Shown piece by piece: positions 27,444-37,710 of a stretch of DNA of 64,000 nucleotides. The notes beneath the pieces were generated by a model. It did not search any database. It saw only the letters and a list, made by a program, of their open reading frames with translations, and was not told the origin of the DNA. The stretch is from a virus. Both the position numbers and the translations under genes were made by a program. How positions within the stretch are numbered: the stretch's first letter is position 1; every line of letters starts with the position of its first letter. Where the stretch lies: the IMG/VR virus record IMGVR_UViG_3300032893_000004, positions 91,058 to 155,057 of that record; one strand, written 5' to 3'.

Positions 27444-29072
27444 TCACTCAACCGTGAAAAATTTTACGTGTGCCTGATTTACCGAATCGTTGACGACCGT
27501 GCAACTGTACGTTTCCCCAATCTTATTGAGAAATCCTCTAAGATTGCGGGACCCCGGCTTGATCGGGGTGATCATGTTCAACATATCGACCTGGCCGTTG
27601 AACTGGACCGCACAAGGCTGATCGACTTCGACGTAGACCATTCGCTTGACGCCGGTGTAGAACGTGATAGTTCCTGGCGTGAACGTCTTGCCGTCTTCTT
27701 GCGGAATCGGTTGCGTCGAGCAGAACGAGATGAAGTTCGGCGTCGACTCCACCACTGTATACGTCCTCTGGGTCACTTCGCTGAACGTTCCGGTCACCTG
27801 GAACTGCATGCCTGGCATCACCATATCGTTCGCGAAGAACATCACGTCGTTGGCGGTTGGACCCGGCGGATTCTCTTGCGTGGCCGTGAACGGTGTGCCA
27901 GCTGGTCGGATGCATTGAACTGTATTTCCGGAAATCCCGATAACGATCCAAGTACCTGAATTTATTGCATTAAACGCATACGGAGGCGTGTCATAACCAT
28001 TTTGACCGTTGATCCGCATGATATCGCCTATCTGAACGGCGGTGATATTCGGCAGTGAAACGTTGGCTGGCGAAACTGTAAAGGTGTACGTAGAGCCGGA
28101 AGCAGACACCGCCGAGAAGATGATCAGCGGATCGCCGACTCCGGACACTTGCGTTAGCACTCCAGCTGGAGTGTAATTCGTGAACGTGATAGTTGCATCG
28201 CCGGTACCGGACACTAAGGTGAGTTGACCGGTGAACGTGAATGCTGAATATGTGATCGTTGCGTCGCCGCTGCCGGACACGAGAGTGAGCATCCCGGAGG
28301 CAGTAGGCTGAGTCGTACCGGTGGCGGTCAACGTTGTGCCGCCTGCGATAGTGGTAGTTGCCACGAACTGAGCCAATCCTTGAGCGTATACTGCTCCGGC
28401 AGTAGCGTTGGCCGGACTGCAAGTGATACTGTAGGTGACTTCAGGCGCTGTGCCGGGCTGCGTCGTGATCAGAATTGTTCCGGCGACGATCGTTTCAACA
28501 ACAGGATAGTCGACCGAATTGTTCGAGTAGACCGCTCCAGCGGTTGCGTTGGCGGAAGAAACTGCCCAAGAATACGCATTCAAAGCGGGCGCGCCGGTAC
28601 CGACGGCAACCAAAATTGTACCGCCAGTGAGGGGAGCCGTTGCCTCAAAATTTTCGTTATTATTCGAATAGTTAGCTCCGCCAAATGCGAACGAAGCAAC
28701 CGCGTTGTTGTTGATCGTGACGGTGCATCCCGCAAGATCGGATACAGTCCGACCGGTTCGAAAATTGTTTGTCGTGCCGGATTCAACATTCAGATGATAG
28801 TTCGAGTTCGGCGGGCTCTGCGGGTCCATCCCGATAATAGAGCTTCCGGTAAGACCAGACGCTACGACCGTCGAAAAGAGAGAGAACGATTGACCAGGTC
28901 CGATCATGATCTCGTTGCCGTACGGATTCTTACACCCGATCGCTTCCAATCGCAGTCGATAATCGAAGTTTCTTTGGTGAGGGTTGTCGGTCTGTACGCC
29001 GTCTGAATAGCACAGTAACGATGTGATAATACTCAGAATATTTTCAGAACAATCATCCGAATTCTGGTGCAT
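27444..29072 (-). CDS. Virion structural protein with internal Thr/Gly/Ala beta repeats
   Basis: ANATAGAVY x2; LT[LQ]VSG.GD x3. Confidence 0.6.
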   Translation of the reverse strand: MHQNSDDCSENILSIITSLLCYSDGVQTDNPHQRNFDYRLRLEAIGCKNPYGNEIMIGPGQSFSLFSTVVASGLTGSSIIGMDPQSPPNSNYHLNVESGTTNNFRTGRTVSDLAGCTVTINNNAVASFAFGGANYSNNNENFEATAPLTGGTILVAVGTGAPALNAYSWAVSSANATAGAVYSNNSVDYPVVETIVAGTILITTQPGTAPEVTYSITCSPANATAGAVYAQGLAQFVATTTIAGGTTLTATGTTQPTASGMLTLVSGSGDATITYSAFTFTGQLTLVSGTGDATITFTNYTPAGVLTQVSGVGDPLIIFSAVSASGSTYTFTVSPANVSLPNITAVQIGDIMRINGQNGYDTPPYAFNAINSGTWIVIGISGNTVQCIRPAGTPFTATQENPPGPTANDVMFFANDMVMPGMQFQVTGTFSEVTQRTYTVVESTPNFISFCSTQPIPQEDGKTFTPGTITFYTGVKRMVYVEVDQPCAVQFNGQVDMLNMITPIKPGSRNLRGFLNKIGETYSCTVVNDSVNQAHVKFFTVE

Positions 29073-29094
29073 ATTTACTCCATCTCGTGGCTTG

Positions 29095-29104
29095 AAGATT
29101 AGGC
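29095..29104 (-). promoter_or_regulatory. Putative late promoter motif GCCTAATCTT
   Basis: Immediately after the terminase stop. Confidence 0.7.
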
Positions 29105-31012
29105 TTAGTCATCGCTACCCTCTTCGGTTCCAAAATCCCATATAACGTTCCCGTCAGCCGACCTACCTTTCAGACCAGCGCTGGTGTCGCCGCCTTCTAG
29201 TGCCTGCCTCTTCTGGGTCTGCCAGTCCTGAAAATGTTTCTCTGGAGTCGGAGTCTGAACGAAGAACTGCTCGAACGGGTTAGGCGGCCCCTTCGGAGGA
29301 GGAGTGTTGACTTTCGACACTTTGTACAGGTTCTGAGCTTGGTATCTGACCGAATCCGCTATATCAGCGAATTCACCGTCGTCCGGATCCTTCGTCAAGT
29401 TACCGAGTGTATCGAGTTTGAAGCAGTGCTCCGCGAACATCTTAATGAACAGTTCGGTCCTGTCGTGCTTGATGACCTTCAAGAATCGGCGGTTACGGGC
29501 ATTGATGATTCGCCCGCGAACGGCCGAGATGCCGCCGAATACGTCCTTAGTGAACTTCTTGCACGGCATCCGCGAGTTCTTGAATTCTTTGATGAACATC
29601 GGCTCCGACGTGTCCGCGAACCACTGCACGATTCGGTACATATCGCGGACTTCTATCGCGAGCGCCATCATCTGAGCAAATTCCAGCCCAGGCACGGAAT
29701 AAGCGTCGACGAGCCACCATTCACCGTTTGGCATCTTGGCAGAAACAGAGATCGCGAAAGCGTGCGTAGTTCCCCAATCCACGCCCGCGTAGAACCGAAT
29801 ACCTTTACTTAGCATGAACTGGATCAGATCCGGGAAAGTAAGACCTTTCGGGGCCGCGTCGCCGGTGTACACTTCCCACGCTTGTTTCACGCTGTACGTA
29901 TTACCGGAGCCGTCAGCGGCGTCCACGAAGCGCGGGTACACCATGCCGGCCGAAGACGGCTTCCAGCACATCAGCTGGGCTTCGGCTAGATCTGGGTCCT
30001 TATCGAACTGCGAGATCGTAAAGTCTATAGGCTTCCATAGGCCGCCCTTGTCTTTTTCGGAGCGGTGCGCCAGGCGAGTGCGGCAGACTGGAAGAAGCGG
30101 ACACTTGAGGCATCCTTCGTACGCCTCTGTACGATCGTACCCTTCCTTCTCCTTCTCGATCAGGTTGGCATATTCCACTTCCGTGATCGTACGAAGCGGC
30201 AAGTTCTTGGCAACGTACACGAAGGTTTTTGGTTTTTCAGGCATGTGTCGCTTCGGCTCGCACTTCTCGGTGATGTCGATGATATTCCATCGAAAGACTC
30301 GGTACCCGTTCTTCTGCGCCTTCTCCATCTCGCGCGTAAACAAGCCGCCGGGGAACTTGAGGGTCGACGTCTTGATCGTAACGGGATGCTGACCGTTGAA
30401 TACTCCTGGGATGTATTCCGCTTCTTTGTACGCTCGAAGCTGCTCCTTAGAGCGTATCGTATCGATCTCGTCGATTGTGAAGATGTTGGTGTGAGCTGAG
30501 TTCGCGCCGGTGACGGTGCAAACGATGATCTTCATATAAGCATCTTTTTCTTCAGGCGTGCCAGGGTTGATCTTGAGACTGATCTCTTTGGAGTTCGAAG
30601 AGTCCAGTTCGATCTTGTGATACTCAAGATATGGTCTGATCTTGTCGATGAACATGGAAATATAATTCTGGGCCGCCGTAGCTTGCGGAACGATCGCTGC
30701 CATGTGGGCTATGGAAGCCCCGAATTGAACCATCATGATGATCGCGAATGCCGCCTCCGAAAGTGTCTTGTACGACTCCCGAGACGAGATCACGATCGTG
30801 CTGGGCGACTTGTGACCTTCGTTTGCCTCGTACATCTTGTACGTGTCGTAGAGCCAGTGAACTGGGCTGGAGTTTGAATCGGGATCGACCCAAGAATCCG
30901 GGAAATCCAGATCGAGGAAATTATGAATCCACGTCTTGGCATGTTTTGGGCTCGTGAACCGCTTTAAGAAAGTCTGAGCTAAGTGTGGATCTACCTGAGA
31001 CTTAGAGTTCAT
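29105..31012 (-). CDS. terL: Terminase large subunit
   Basis: SSRESYKT (Walker A-like), IDEID (Walker B), GVDWG nuclease motif, DIADSVRY. Confidence 0.88.
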   Translation of the reverse strand: MNSKSQVDPHLAQTFLKRFTSPKHAKTWIHNFLDLDFPDSWVDPDSNSSPVHWLYDTYKMYEANEGHKSPSTIVISSRESYKTLSEAAFAIIMMVQFGASIAHMAAIVPQATAAQNYISMFIDKIRPYLEYHKIELDSSNSKEISLKINPGTPEEKDAYMKIIVCTVTGANSAHTNIFTIDEIDTIRSKEQLRAYKEAEYIPGVFNGQHPVTIKTSTLKFPGGLFTREMEKAQKNGYRVFRWNIIDITEKCEPKRHMPEKPKTFVYVAKNLPLRTITEVEYANLIEKEKEGYDRTEAYEGCLKCPLLPVCRTRLAHRSEKDKGGLWKPIDFTISQFDKDPDLAEAQLMCWKPSSAGMVYPRFVDAADGSGNTYSVKQAWEVYTGDAAPKGLTFPDLIQFMLSKGIRFYAGVDWGTTHAFAISVSAKMPNGEWWLVDAYSVPGLEFAQMMALAIEVRDMYRIVQWFADTSEPMFIKEFKNSRMPCKKFTKDVFGGISAVRGRIINARNRRFLKVIKHDRTELFIKMFAEHCFKLDTLGNLTKDPDDGEFADIADSVRYQAQNLYKVSKVNTPPPKGPPNPFEQFFVQTPTPEKHFQDWQTQKRQALEGGDTSAGLKGRSADGNVIWDFGTEEGSDD

Positions 31013-31460
31013 CTGACGGCAGACTGACGCCCGCTGCGGCGCGTTCTTTGCGCGTCATTCTTCGCAGCCGAGCGTTCAGAAGGTCTTCCTCTGTGAGAGT
31101 CTTGAGAGTGACGTTCGGGCCGGTCAGTAGTATGATCGACTGCCCTTTGCCGTGGCTGGCATAATAATCGCGGATCTGCGTAAAAACAGCCTGCCGGAGC
31201 ATTCGCTCGTCAGCCACAGTTATCCAGATTATCTCGCCGAGCGAGTCGAGATCGATAGCCGACAGCTGAGACCGAACATCGAGCGCCGTACCGCGATCGT
31301 GCTTTGATACCTGGGCCTCCAGTTTGGCCTTGTCGGTTCTTAGAAACGTGATCTCGCGCTGAGCGCGCGTCATCGCATCCACGAACTCGCTGCGCATTCC
31401 GAACAGCCAGACGAGAAGATTGTACAAGCGATAGAACAGCTTATTTTTTAGCTTCCGCAT
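31002..31460 (-). CDS. Hypothetical protein
   Basis: Fills the gap between the terminase genes; probable ATG 31460. Confidence 0.55.
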   Translation of the reverse strand: MRKLKNKLFYRLYNLLVWLFGMRSEFVDAMTRAQREITFLRTDKAKLEAQVSKHDRGTALDVRSQLSAIDLDSLGEIIWITVADERMLRQAVFTQIRDYYASHGKGQSIILLTGPNVTLKTLTEEDLLNARLRRMTRKERAAAGVSLPSDEL

Positions 31461-32094
31461 TCTTCTTCCTTTTGGCATCGGACAGGATTTCCAAGATCTT
31501 GCCAGCGTCTTCGTCTGAGAGATCGTTCGAAGGTCCGACTCCGGTGAGACTGACATTGAGATTTTGCGTGTTTTCAGTTTTCACTTTCGAAACACGATCC
31601 TGGCCGGTGATCTTCAGAAGACCTTCGGCCACCTTCATGAGACTCTGAAGAGACTCGATGTTCAATGCGCCGTCCAAATCTTTTTCGTTGCCCGTCTGAA
31701 TGAATTTCTTCAGTTTATCTGAATGCTGTTTATTGGCAGCTACGAGCATGTCAGACATCAGCTCCGTCGTCGCTACCTGGGCTCGCATGACCGTATCTCG
31801 CAGCTTGCTCTGCCTCTCCAACGCGTCCGCATCGCGAGCTGCCGTCCACTTATATCGAATTTGGGCATCTAGGATGCCGCCTAGAGGAAACGCACTGTTT
31901 AAACGATGGATCTCGTGGGCGTCGGACCCGTTCAGAAACAGCTCGAACATGTTCGTGGAAGTTACCGGCGACAGCGGGCGACCGCCGCCAGCGATGTAAG
32001 CTCTGAGGATCTCTTGATCGTCTAGCGATAGATCCGCCTTCGCAAGCTGGACATAATCGTCCGGGCGATATAGTTGTAGGCCTTTTTCTTCCAC
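31441..32094 (-). CDS. Putative terminase small subunit
   Basis: HTH-like N-terminus, coiled coil and a C-terminal NLNVSL strand; GTG 32094 lies 6 nt after TATAAT. Confidence 0.5.
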   Translation of the reverse strand: MEEKGLQLYRPDDYVQLAKADLSLDDQEILRAYIAGGGRPLSPVTSTNMFELFLNGSDAHEIHRLNSAFPLGGILDAQIRYKWTAARDADALERQSKLRDTVMRAQVATTELMSDMLVAANKQHSDKLKKFIQTGNEKDLDGALNIESLQSLMKVAEGLLKITGQDRVSKVKTENTQNLNVSLTGVGPSNDLSDEDAGKILEILSDAKRKKNAEAKK

Positions 32095-32116
32095 ACCTAC
32101 ATTATACCGGAATTCG

Positions 32117-32458
32117 TCAATTGGCCGTGTCAAAGACCTTTTTGCCGTTGATTTCGACGATAACACGAGTATCGTTCCAGAGAATGTTTCGAACCCATTC
32201 GGCTATATTCCGGTACAGAAGCTTAGTGCGCTTCGCGTTGCTGACTTTCCGAGCTTCGCAGACGAACGTTACCATCTGCAGATCCGTGTCGACCCTAGCC
32301 TCCGCTTTGGTAACATTTGGTATCAGCATCGGCCATGATTTAAGCTGGAGAGCCTGCGCCTCGTGGATCACGCCGGTGCGGATCGTCATACCTTTCAGCA
32401 GTTGCAACTGTTCCGATATCGTAGCTGTCACTGTGTCCCACTCCTTAGCGACGGACAT
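32117..32458 (-). CDS. Hypothetical protein
   Basis: ORF in the operon. Confidence 0.55.
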   Translation of the reverse strand: MSVAKEWDTVTATISEQLQLLKGMTIRTGVIHEAQALQLKSWPMLIPNVTKAEARVDTDLQMVTFVCEARKVSNAKRTKLLYRNIAEWVRNILWNDTRVIVEINGKKVFDTAN

Positions 32459-33483
32459 CTCGCTAGAACACGGTCCAGTATCGCTTTTCTAACGTGATCT
32501 GGTGTACCGGCCTTCTCGAAGTAATTGGCCGAGAACTTCGCAAAAGTCTTCGGAATTCCTTCAGATTCCTTAACGGTTACAGTCCGATCGATGTCAGTGT
32601 ACGTCGAGTGGCGGCGGCAAAGCGACGGTAGCAGACGATCTATCCTCTTGGCAAAATTGCGGCTACCCTTGATCTCAACATAAACCTTCGTGGAATCCGG
32701 TATAGTCTCGATGATCTTCTCGTCGAACGACGCGGACTCTTCGAGAAGTATCGACTGGAACGGTTCGAATACGTCAACAGGTGTCGGAGTAAATTTGGTC
32801 TCACCAGAAACGAGGTTGATCGAATAAACACCTTTCGTTTCGCCGATGTCTGACTTTGTTAGATGTCGAGGAGTGCCGATGCACCATACGTTTCCGAACT
32901 GCTGCTCCTTGTGAATGTGACCGGTTATGAACGACAAGTCTTTCGGATACCTATCCAACTTGAAGCCGTTCGGGGCATAGGTCCCGGATTCGTACTGCGA
33001 CCCCTCAAACTCAGCGTGGCAAAATATCGTCCGCGCCCCCTCGCCGTACGCCTTCATCGCGGCTGCACGGAACGCTTCCTCATCACGTATGAAACCGATC
33101 GCGGCGGCGTTCTCGGACAAGAACACCGGATCCCGTCCAGCTAAGACGGTTCTCTCGTCGTAAACCGACATGGTGGAAGCCGATTCTTCCTGATTCAGAT
33201 CATGGTTTCCTATCAGAGAAAGCGTGAGGATATTACTGCGATGTTTGCGAAGTTCGTCGTAGGCCCATTTCCAAAATTCCAGAACCTCTGCGCGAGCGAT
33301 GCCGAAATCGTTGAGCTGATCTCCCATGAACACGATCAAGACCGGTCCGATCTCGATAAAGCGATATGCAGTCTGAATAAGAAATTCTATAAATTTTCGC
33401 GCTTCGGGGATATCCTGCTTGCGGATATGCATGTCTCCGACAGGTATAACAACAGCTGCCGCTTGTTCAATCTTAGCCGGCAT
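32428..33483 (-). CDS. sbcD: SbcD/Mre11-like nuclease
   Basis: GDMH, GDQLN, GNHD, FCH, GHIH, GTP. Confidence 0.85.
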   Translation of the reverse strand: MPAKIEQAAAVVIPVGDMHIRKQDIPEARKFIEFLIQTAYRFIEIGPVLIVFMGDQLNDFGIARAEVLEFWKWAYDELRKHRSNILTLSLIGNHDLNQEESASTMSVYDERTVLAGRDPVFLSENAAAIGFIRDEEAFRAAAMKAYGEGARTIFCHAEFEGSQYESGTYAPNGFKLDRYPKDLSFITGHIHKEQQFGNVWCIGTPRHLTKSDIGETKGVYSINLVSGETKFTPTPVDVFEPFQSILLEESASFDEKIIETIPDSTKVYVEIKGSRNFAKRIDRLLPSLCRRHSTYTDIDRTVTVKESEGIPKTFAKFSANYFEKAGTPDHVRKAILDRVLARCPSLRSGTQ

Positions 33484-33784
33484 TTCCGCTCTCCAAGGTA
33501 CGGTACCCTATAACAGCATCCTCCGGGCAGAGCACGAAGGCAGTCCCGTCTGATAGCCGCAATTCGTTTGCAGCCCATTTGGCAAGGCCGGCGTCGCCGC
33601 GTAACAGAACTGAGTCGCCGGCTCGCAGCTCGACTCCTTGCAAGTTGTAGTTCATGACCAGAACGGACTCCGTCACCGCAATCCGCTGAGTAATGCGAGC
33701 CATGCCGCCGATAACTTCGGCTTCGATCTTCTTGAACTCCGGCTTAACGATAGCCAGTTCACCCTTCTTTGTTCCGAGTGCCAT
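33473..33784 (-). CDS. GroES-like co-chaperonin
   Basis: 103 aa; mobile-loop-like IGGM, LRAGDSVL, FVLCPEDAVIG. Confidence 0.6.
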   Translation of the reverse strand: MALGTKKGELAIVKPEFKKIEAEVIGGMARITQRIAVTESVLVMNYNLQGVELRAGDSVLLRGDAGLAKWAANELRLSDGTAFVLCPEDAVIGYRTLESGNAG

Positions 33785-33792
33785 ACAGCCTC

Positions 33793-34884
33793 CTACTCGA
33801 ATATACCGTATATCTCGCCGGTCTTCATCAACAAAACTTTCTTTTCGATAACCCTCAGCTTGTTCAGCTGAATCAGCAGCTGACTTCCAACTTCTTTGCG
33901 CTCTACGTGATCTTCCATAGAAGCTGGATCAGCGATCGTCTCCGACATAGGCCGGGAATACTCATCCTTGGCGTCGATAGAAACGACCTGATTAGCAGCA
34001 GCCTCGATCATCTCGATCTCCGAAGAAGTCGTACCCCCGAAGCTTTCAGCAACGAACGACTGCAAGTCCTCGTTCGAGATGTCGACGTTCTTCTGCTTAG
34101 CCTTCCGGGCGCGGTACAGGATGCGCTTATCCTTGGGCGGCAGCTTAACCAAAGTCGACGAAGCATCGTCATACATGTTCAAGCCGATCCTGCCGATCGC
34201 GACCGATCTGAAGACGGTCTTATACGGCGGCACGAAGTTATCGATCGCTTCCAGCAATCCTTTACTGGCATCTTGAACCAGATCCATGTACTGAGCGTGC
34301 GATGGCGGTATCTTGGAGAAGAAGAGGGCCGTCCGATTCAAGGCGAGCGGTAGGTTGTTCTCGCACAGAAGGTGGCGTATCTCGACCATCTTGTCGTGCA
34401 AGAGGGACAGCTTACGCTTGTTCGGACCGCGATATCGCGAGACTTCCTCGTGATCCTTCGACAGCACCCATTGGACGAACAGATAGTTGATGCGAAATCG
34501 ATGGAGACGTTTGGATTCTTTCTCGCCGGTCTTCTTTTTCTCCTGGGCCTCCGCGAAATCATCCAAGATAGGAAATACTTTGTTGGAAAACGTGTCCTGC
34601 CGCTCACGAAAATACGGACGTATCGAAAGCTTGTTTCCTTTGCCACCTTCAGATTTGTCCCCCAGGATGAATTCTATGAACCGCCTGTACGTCTGGAATC
34701 CGTGCTCATTCAGAAGCAAGAGAGTTTTGAACTGCCGTTCTAGTTTGAACAGTTCGTTGAGAAGTGATCTCTGCGACTGTCCGTTCGATTCGTCGTTTTC
34801 TCGCAGAACCAAGTTCATCTCGTGGCGGAACTGATTGTACAGATCTCTTTTAACGGTTGGCTCGGGCGGCTTGGCATCGCTCAT
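33793..34884 (-). CDS. Phage sigma70-family factor truncated before region 4.2
   Basis: NNLPLAL..DLVQDASKGLLEAIDNF..FRSVA..RI (region 2), VSID (3.2); ends at LNKLRVIEKKVLLMKTG (4.1). Confidence 0.85.
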   Translation of the reverse strand: MSDAKPPEPTVKRDLYNQFRHEMNLVLRENDESNGQSQRSLLNELFKLERQFKTLLLLNEHGFQTYRRFIEFILGDKSEGGKGNKLSIRPYFRERQDTFSNKVFPILDDFAEAQEKKKTGEKESKRLHRFRINYLFVQWVLSKDHEEVSRYRGPNKRKLSLLHDKMVEIRHLLCENNLPLALNRTALFFSKIPPSHAQYMDLVQDASKGLLEAIDNFVPPYKTVFRSVAIGRIGLNMYDDASSTLVKLPPKDKRILYRARKAKQKNVDISNEDLQSFVAESFGGTTSSEIEMIEAAANQVVSIDAKDEYSRPMSETIADPASMEDHVERKEVGSQLLIQLNKLRVIEKKVLLMKTGEIYGIFE

Positions 34885-36377
34885 GCGTTGATCTCCTGAA
34901 CATCGCCCATAGTTCGGTATATTTCGCAGCGAGTATCTGCGTGGCGCTCCATAGCCGACGAGCCGACGACTCTGAAGTCAACTACGATCAGATCTTTCTT
35001 CTTGTCGGTTACGCGAGTCCCACGGCCGATTGCTTGCTTAGTGGCAACTTCCGACAAACCGCCTTGCAAATTCACGAGACAACCGGTCGGCTTGGTATCC
35101 ACACCGGTCGAGATGGCCTTCGTTCCGACTAGCAGCTGCGTGTCACCGCGATTGAAGCGATCGACGGCTCCTTCGACATCAGATTCCCAGAACTCTTTCG
35201 GAAGGATATCTCGAACTTTCGTGCCCTTCTTATCCTCGCCGTTCGCGCCGCCGTGACAAAATTCGAACGGAATCGAACCGAGATACGGCCTTATCGCTGC
35301 GAATTGAACGAACTCGTCCAGGAGAATTATCGTTGGCCGCGAGGCTAGGCGGATTGCTTTTTCTGCGAACTCGGCCGCCAATCGGTTGACGTTTGGATTC
35401 AGGTACAACTGCTCTCGCTGCTCGCGGGCGATGTCGCGGTTGTTAGCGAGACCGTGCGACGGGACGTTGAACACCTTGAAGTACGGTCTAGCCAAGAAAC
35501 CTTCCTCGACCAGCTCTTTGAACTCTTTGCGGTAGACGATCGGCCCGATAATTCCTCGCAGCTTCATGTCCTGGCCGTCGTGGCGCATCTGGGTAGCCGA
35601 AACGTGGAATCGGTACGGAACATTCCTCAACAGACCAAGTTCCACCGCGTCGAATGTGTTAGCCGGAGTAGTGTGCGATTCGTCCCACACGAACTGCTGG
35701 CAAGCCGAAAAGAATTCCCACTCCTCCGAACCTTCCTCTACGCGCATCAGCGCCTGGGCGGTACACACCGTAAACAGTTTGCCGATGTCGTGCCGGCCGT
35801 CGCCGTACTTGCCAACGAGCTTGGTGCCAAAAAGCCACGCCATCTCGCGGTACAGCTGATTGGTCACATTCTTCGAAGGGGTGATCACGGTTGTCTGGAC
35901 CGGATTACGCTTGCACACCTCCTCGATGATGCGGGATTTACCGGAACCGGTAGGAAGCTCGATGGCCACCGGTCCTTGATGAGCATTGTTCAAGAGAGCT
36001 TCGGTAGCATCGTTCTGATAGTACCGTATCTCGTGTTCCGGCGGGTGCGCCCAAGGAATCATGTGGCGCGGCGGTTCGCAGTGGAACTCTTTCGGTTGTA
36101 GCTGCCACCCAAATTCTTCTCTAAGCTCAGACCATAGCCCAGAATACGTGTACGGACCAGAAGCATCGTACTTCAAGAGGGTCTTGTGGACGGAAGCCTT
36201 CAATTCGTCCATCCTGGCTTGGAACGCTTCCGGATCATTTCTCTTCCAGTGATATTTTTTAGACAACTCCTTGATCTGATATTGAATCGCAGAATCTGTG
36301 TAAGTAAGGAATTTCCTGACCTTATCCGAGTCTTCGGGGAGCCGAACTGTCGATGGTGTGGTCAAAATCATATCCAT
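34881..36377 (-). CDS. Superfamily 2 helicase (UvsW/SSL2-like)
   Basis: LPTGSGKS, WDESH, SAT, TGVD, QAIGRGTR. Confidence 0.92.
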   Translation of the reverse strand: MDMILTTPSTVRLPEDSDKVRKFLTYTDSAIQYQIKELSKKYHWKRNDPEAFQARMDELKASVHKTLLKYDASGPYTYSGLWSELREEFGWQLQPKEFHCEPPRHMIPWAHPPEHEIRYYQNDATEALLNNAHQGPVAIELPTGSGKSRIIEEVCKRNPVQTTVITPSKNVTNQLYREMAWLFGTKLVGKYGDGRHDIGKLFTVCTAQALMRVEEGSEEWEFFSACQQFVWDESHTTPANTFDAVELGLLRNVPYRFHVSATQMRHDGQDMKLRGIIGPIVYRKEFKELVEEGFLARPYFKVFNVPSHGLANNRDIAREQREQLYLNPNVNRLAAEFAEKAIRLASRPTIILLDEFVQFAAIRPYLGSIPFEFCHGGANGEDKKGTKVRDILPKEFWESDVEGAVDRFNRGDTQLLVGTKAISTGVDTKPTGCLVNLQGGLSEVATKQAIGRGTRVTDKKKDLIVVDFRVVGSSAMERHADTRCEIYRTMGDVQEINA

Positions 36378-36393
36378 AACGCATTATACCCAA

Positions 36394-37710
36394 TTACCAG
36401 TTCGTTAGACGAAGCTGGCCGTGAACAAACTCGAAGGTAGCTATCTTCCCAACATTATCTCCGTGTCTAGAAAGGTGACAGTGAACTTCTGTAATCGGAG
36501 CAGCGTCTGTCGGACCGCCGTGACCGCGCCTTATCTCCAGTCCAACATGAACGTGATTTGCGAGCCACATATCGCCTTGTATCCGCTGAGAAAACGGCAT
36601 ATCGCTGTCCGGCGGCTGAGGCTTCAGCTGAGCGAACACTATCAGCGGTATCGATAGATCGATGGCGTAGCTCTTTAACCACAGTCCGAACTCTTTGGCG
36701 ACGCCGACCGGCGCGAGCGCCTTGTTGCGCCGAGAATTTGACACGATCTGGTAGTAGTCGAGCATGATCGCCGAGTACAACCCGCTTTCCTTCGCTTCGA
36801 GAAGAAGATCCTGGACGGTTTCCATGTTGGTCACGTCGTAGTCAGGCACGGACGCGACCGTTACCCGAGTAGCGACCCAGGCCATGGTCTGCTCTACCTC
36901 GGCCAGCTTAACCGGATCGATCTTCTGCGGGAACATGAGGTAGTCGCGGATGGACACCCCGCACGCGGCGCACGCGATCCTGGCAGATACCTTGTGATCG
37001 TCATCCTCGTTCGAGATGATCAAGATCTTCTTGTCAGGCACGTGACGAATAATGGCAGGCGCTAAGTTGGCGACGATAGTAGATTTTCCGGCCTTAGTTA
37101 CCCCGCCTATCAGCGTGATGCCCGGCGTGAGCATGAACGTGCCTTCGATAGCCGGAGTGATGAACGGAACCCGATTCTTGAGCACTTCCCGCCAGCGGGC
37201 GGTCTTCGCTGCGATCGAGTCGACGGCTTCTTGATCCGACTTGACGCCGGTCGTGCGCATGTTTTTAAGATCGGCGATCTCGGCGGACGTTTCCACGATC
37301 TTGTCTATGTCGCCTTTATCGTAGTGCTTGGCAAGCTCAAATGCCTTACCCTTGATCAGCATGAACTTGTGCTGCTCGGCTACGAGTCGCGTGATGTCGC
37401 CCTTAGAAAACATGGCCGACATAGCCTCGGCGTTGTTGGCGTATCCCTTGTAGACCGAGATCGTTTGAGGGTCAGATTGATTCTGCTCGATGATACTCGT
37501 GAGCGCGACGGTTGAAACTGCGCCGTTTCGGCGCTCGTATTCCTTCGACACGTACTCGAAGAGAACTCGGATGATCGGGTGGCGAAAATATTCAGGCTTG
37601 AGGGCAGGTATAGATCTCGCATAAAAAGCTGGATCTCTCATGCAAAGACCGAGGGCAGCTAACTGTTGATCGTCCGTGAGGACAGGATCAGTTTTCTGAA
37701 GTTCTGGCAT
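36394..37710 (-). CDS. DnaB-like (SF4) replicative helicase
   Basis: GGVTKAGKST, ISNE, MLDYYQ, FAQL. Confidence 0.8.
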   Translation of the reverse strand: MPELQKTDPVLTDDQQLAALGLCMRDPAFYARSIPALKPEYFRHPIIRVLFEYVSKEYERRNGAVSTVALTSIIEQNQSDPQTISVYKGYANNAEAMSAMFSKGDITRLVAEQHKFMLIKGKAFELAKHYDKGDIDKIVETSAEIADLKNMRTTGVKSDQEAVDSIAAKTARWREVLKNRVPFITPAIEGTFMLTPGITLIGGVTKAGKSTIVANLAPAIIRHVPDKKILIISNEDDDHKVSARIACAACGVSIRDYLMFPQKIDPVKLAEVEQTMAWVATRVTVASVPDYDVTNMETVQDLLLEAKESGLYSAIMLDYYQIVSNSRRNKALAPVGVAKEFGLWLKSYAIDLSIPLIVFAQLKPQPPDSDMPFSQRIQGDMWLANHVHVGLEIRRGHGGPTDAAPITEVHCHLSRHGDNVGKIATFEFVHGQLRLTNW

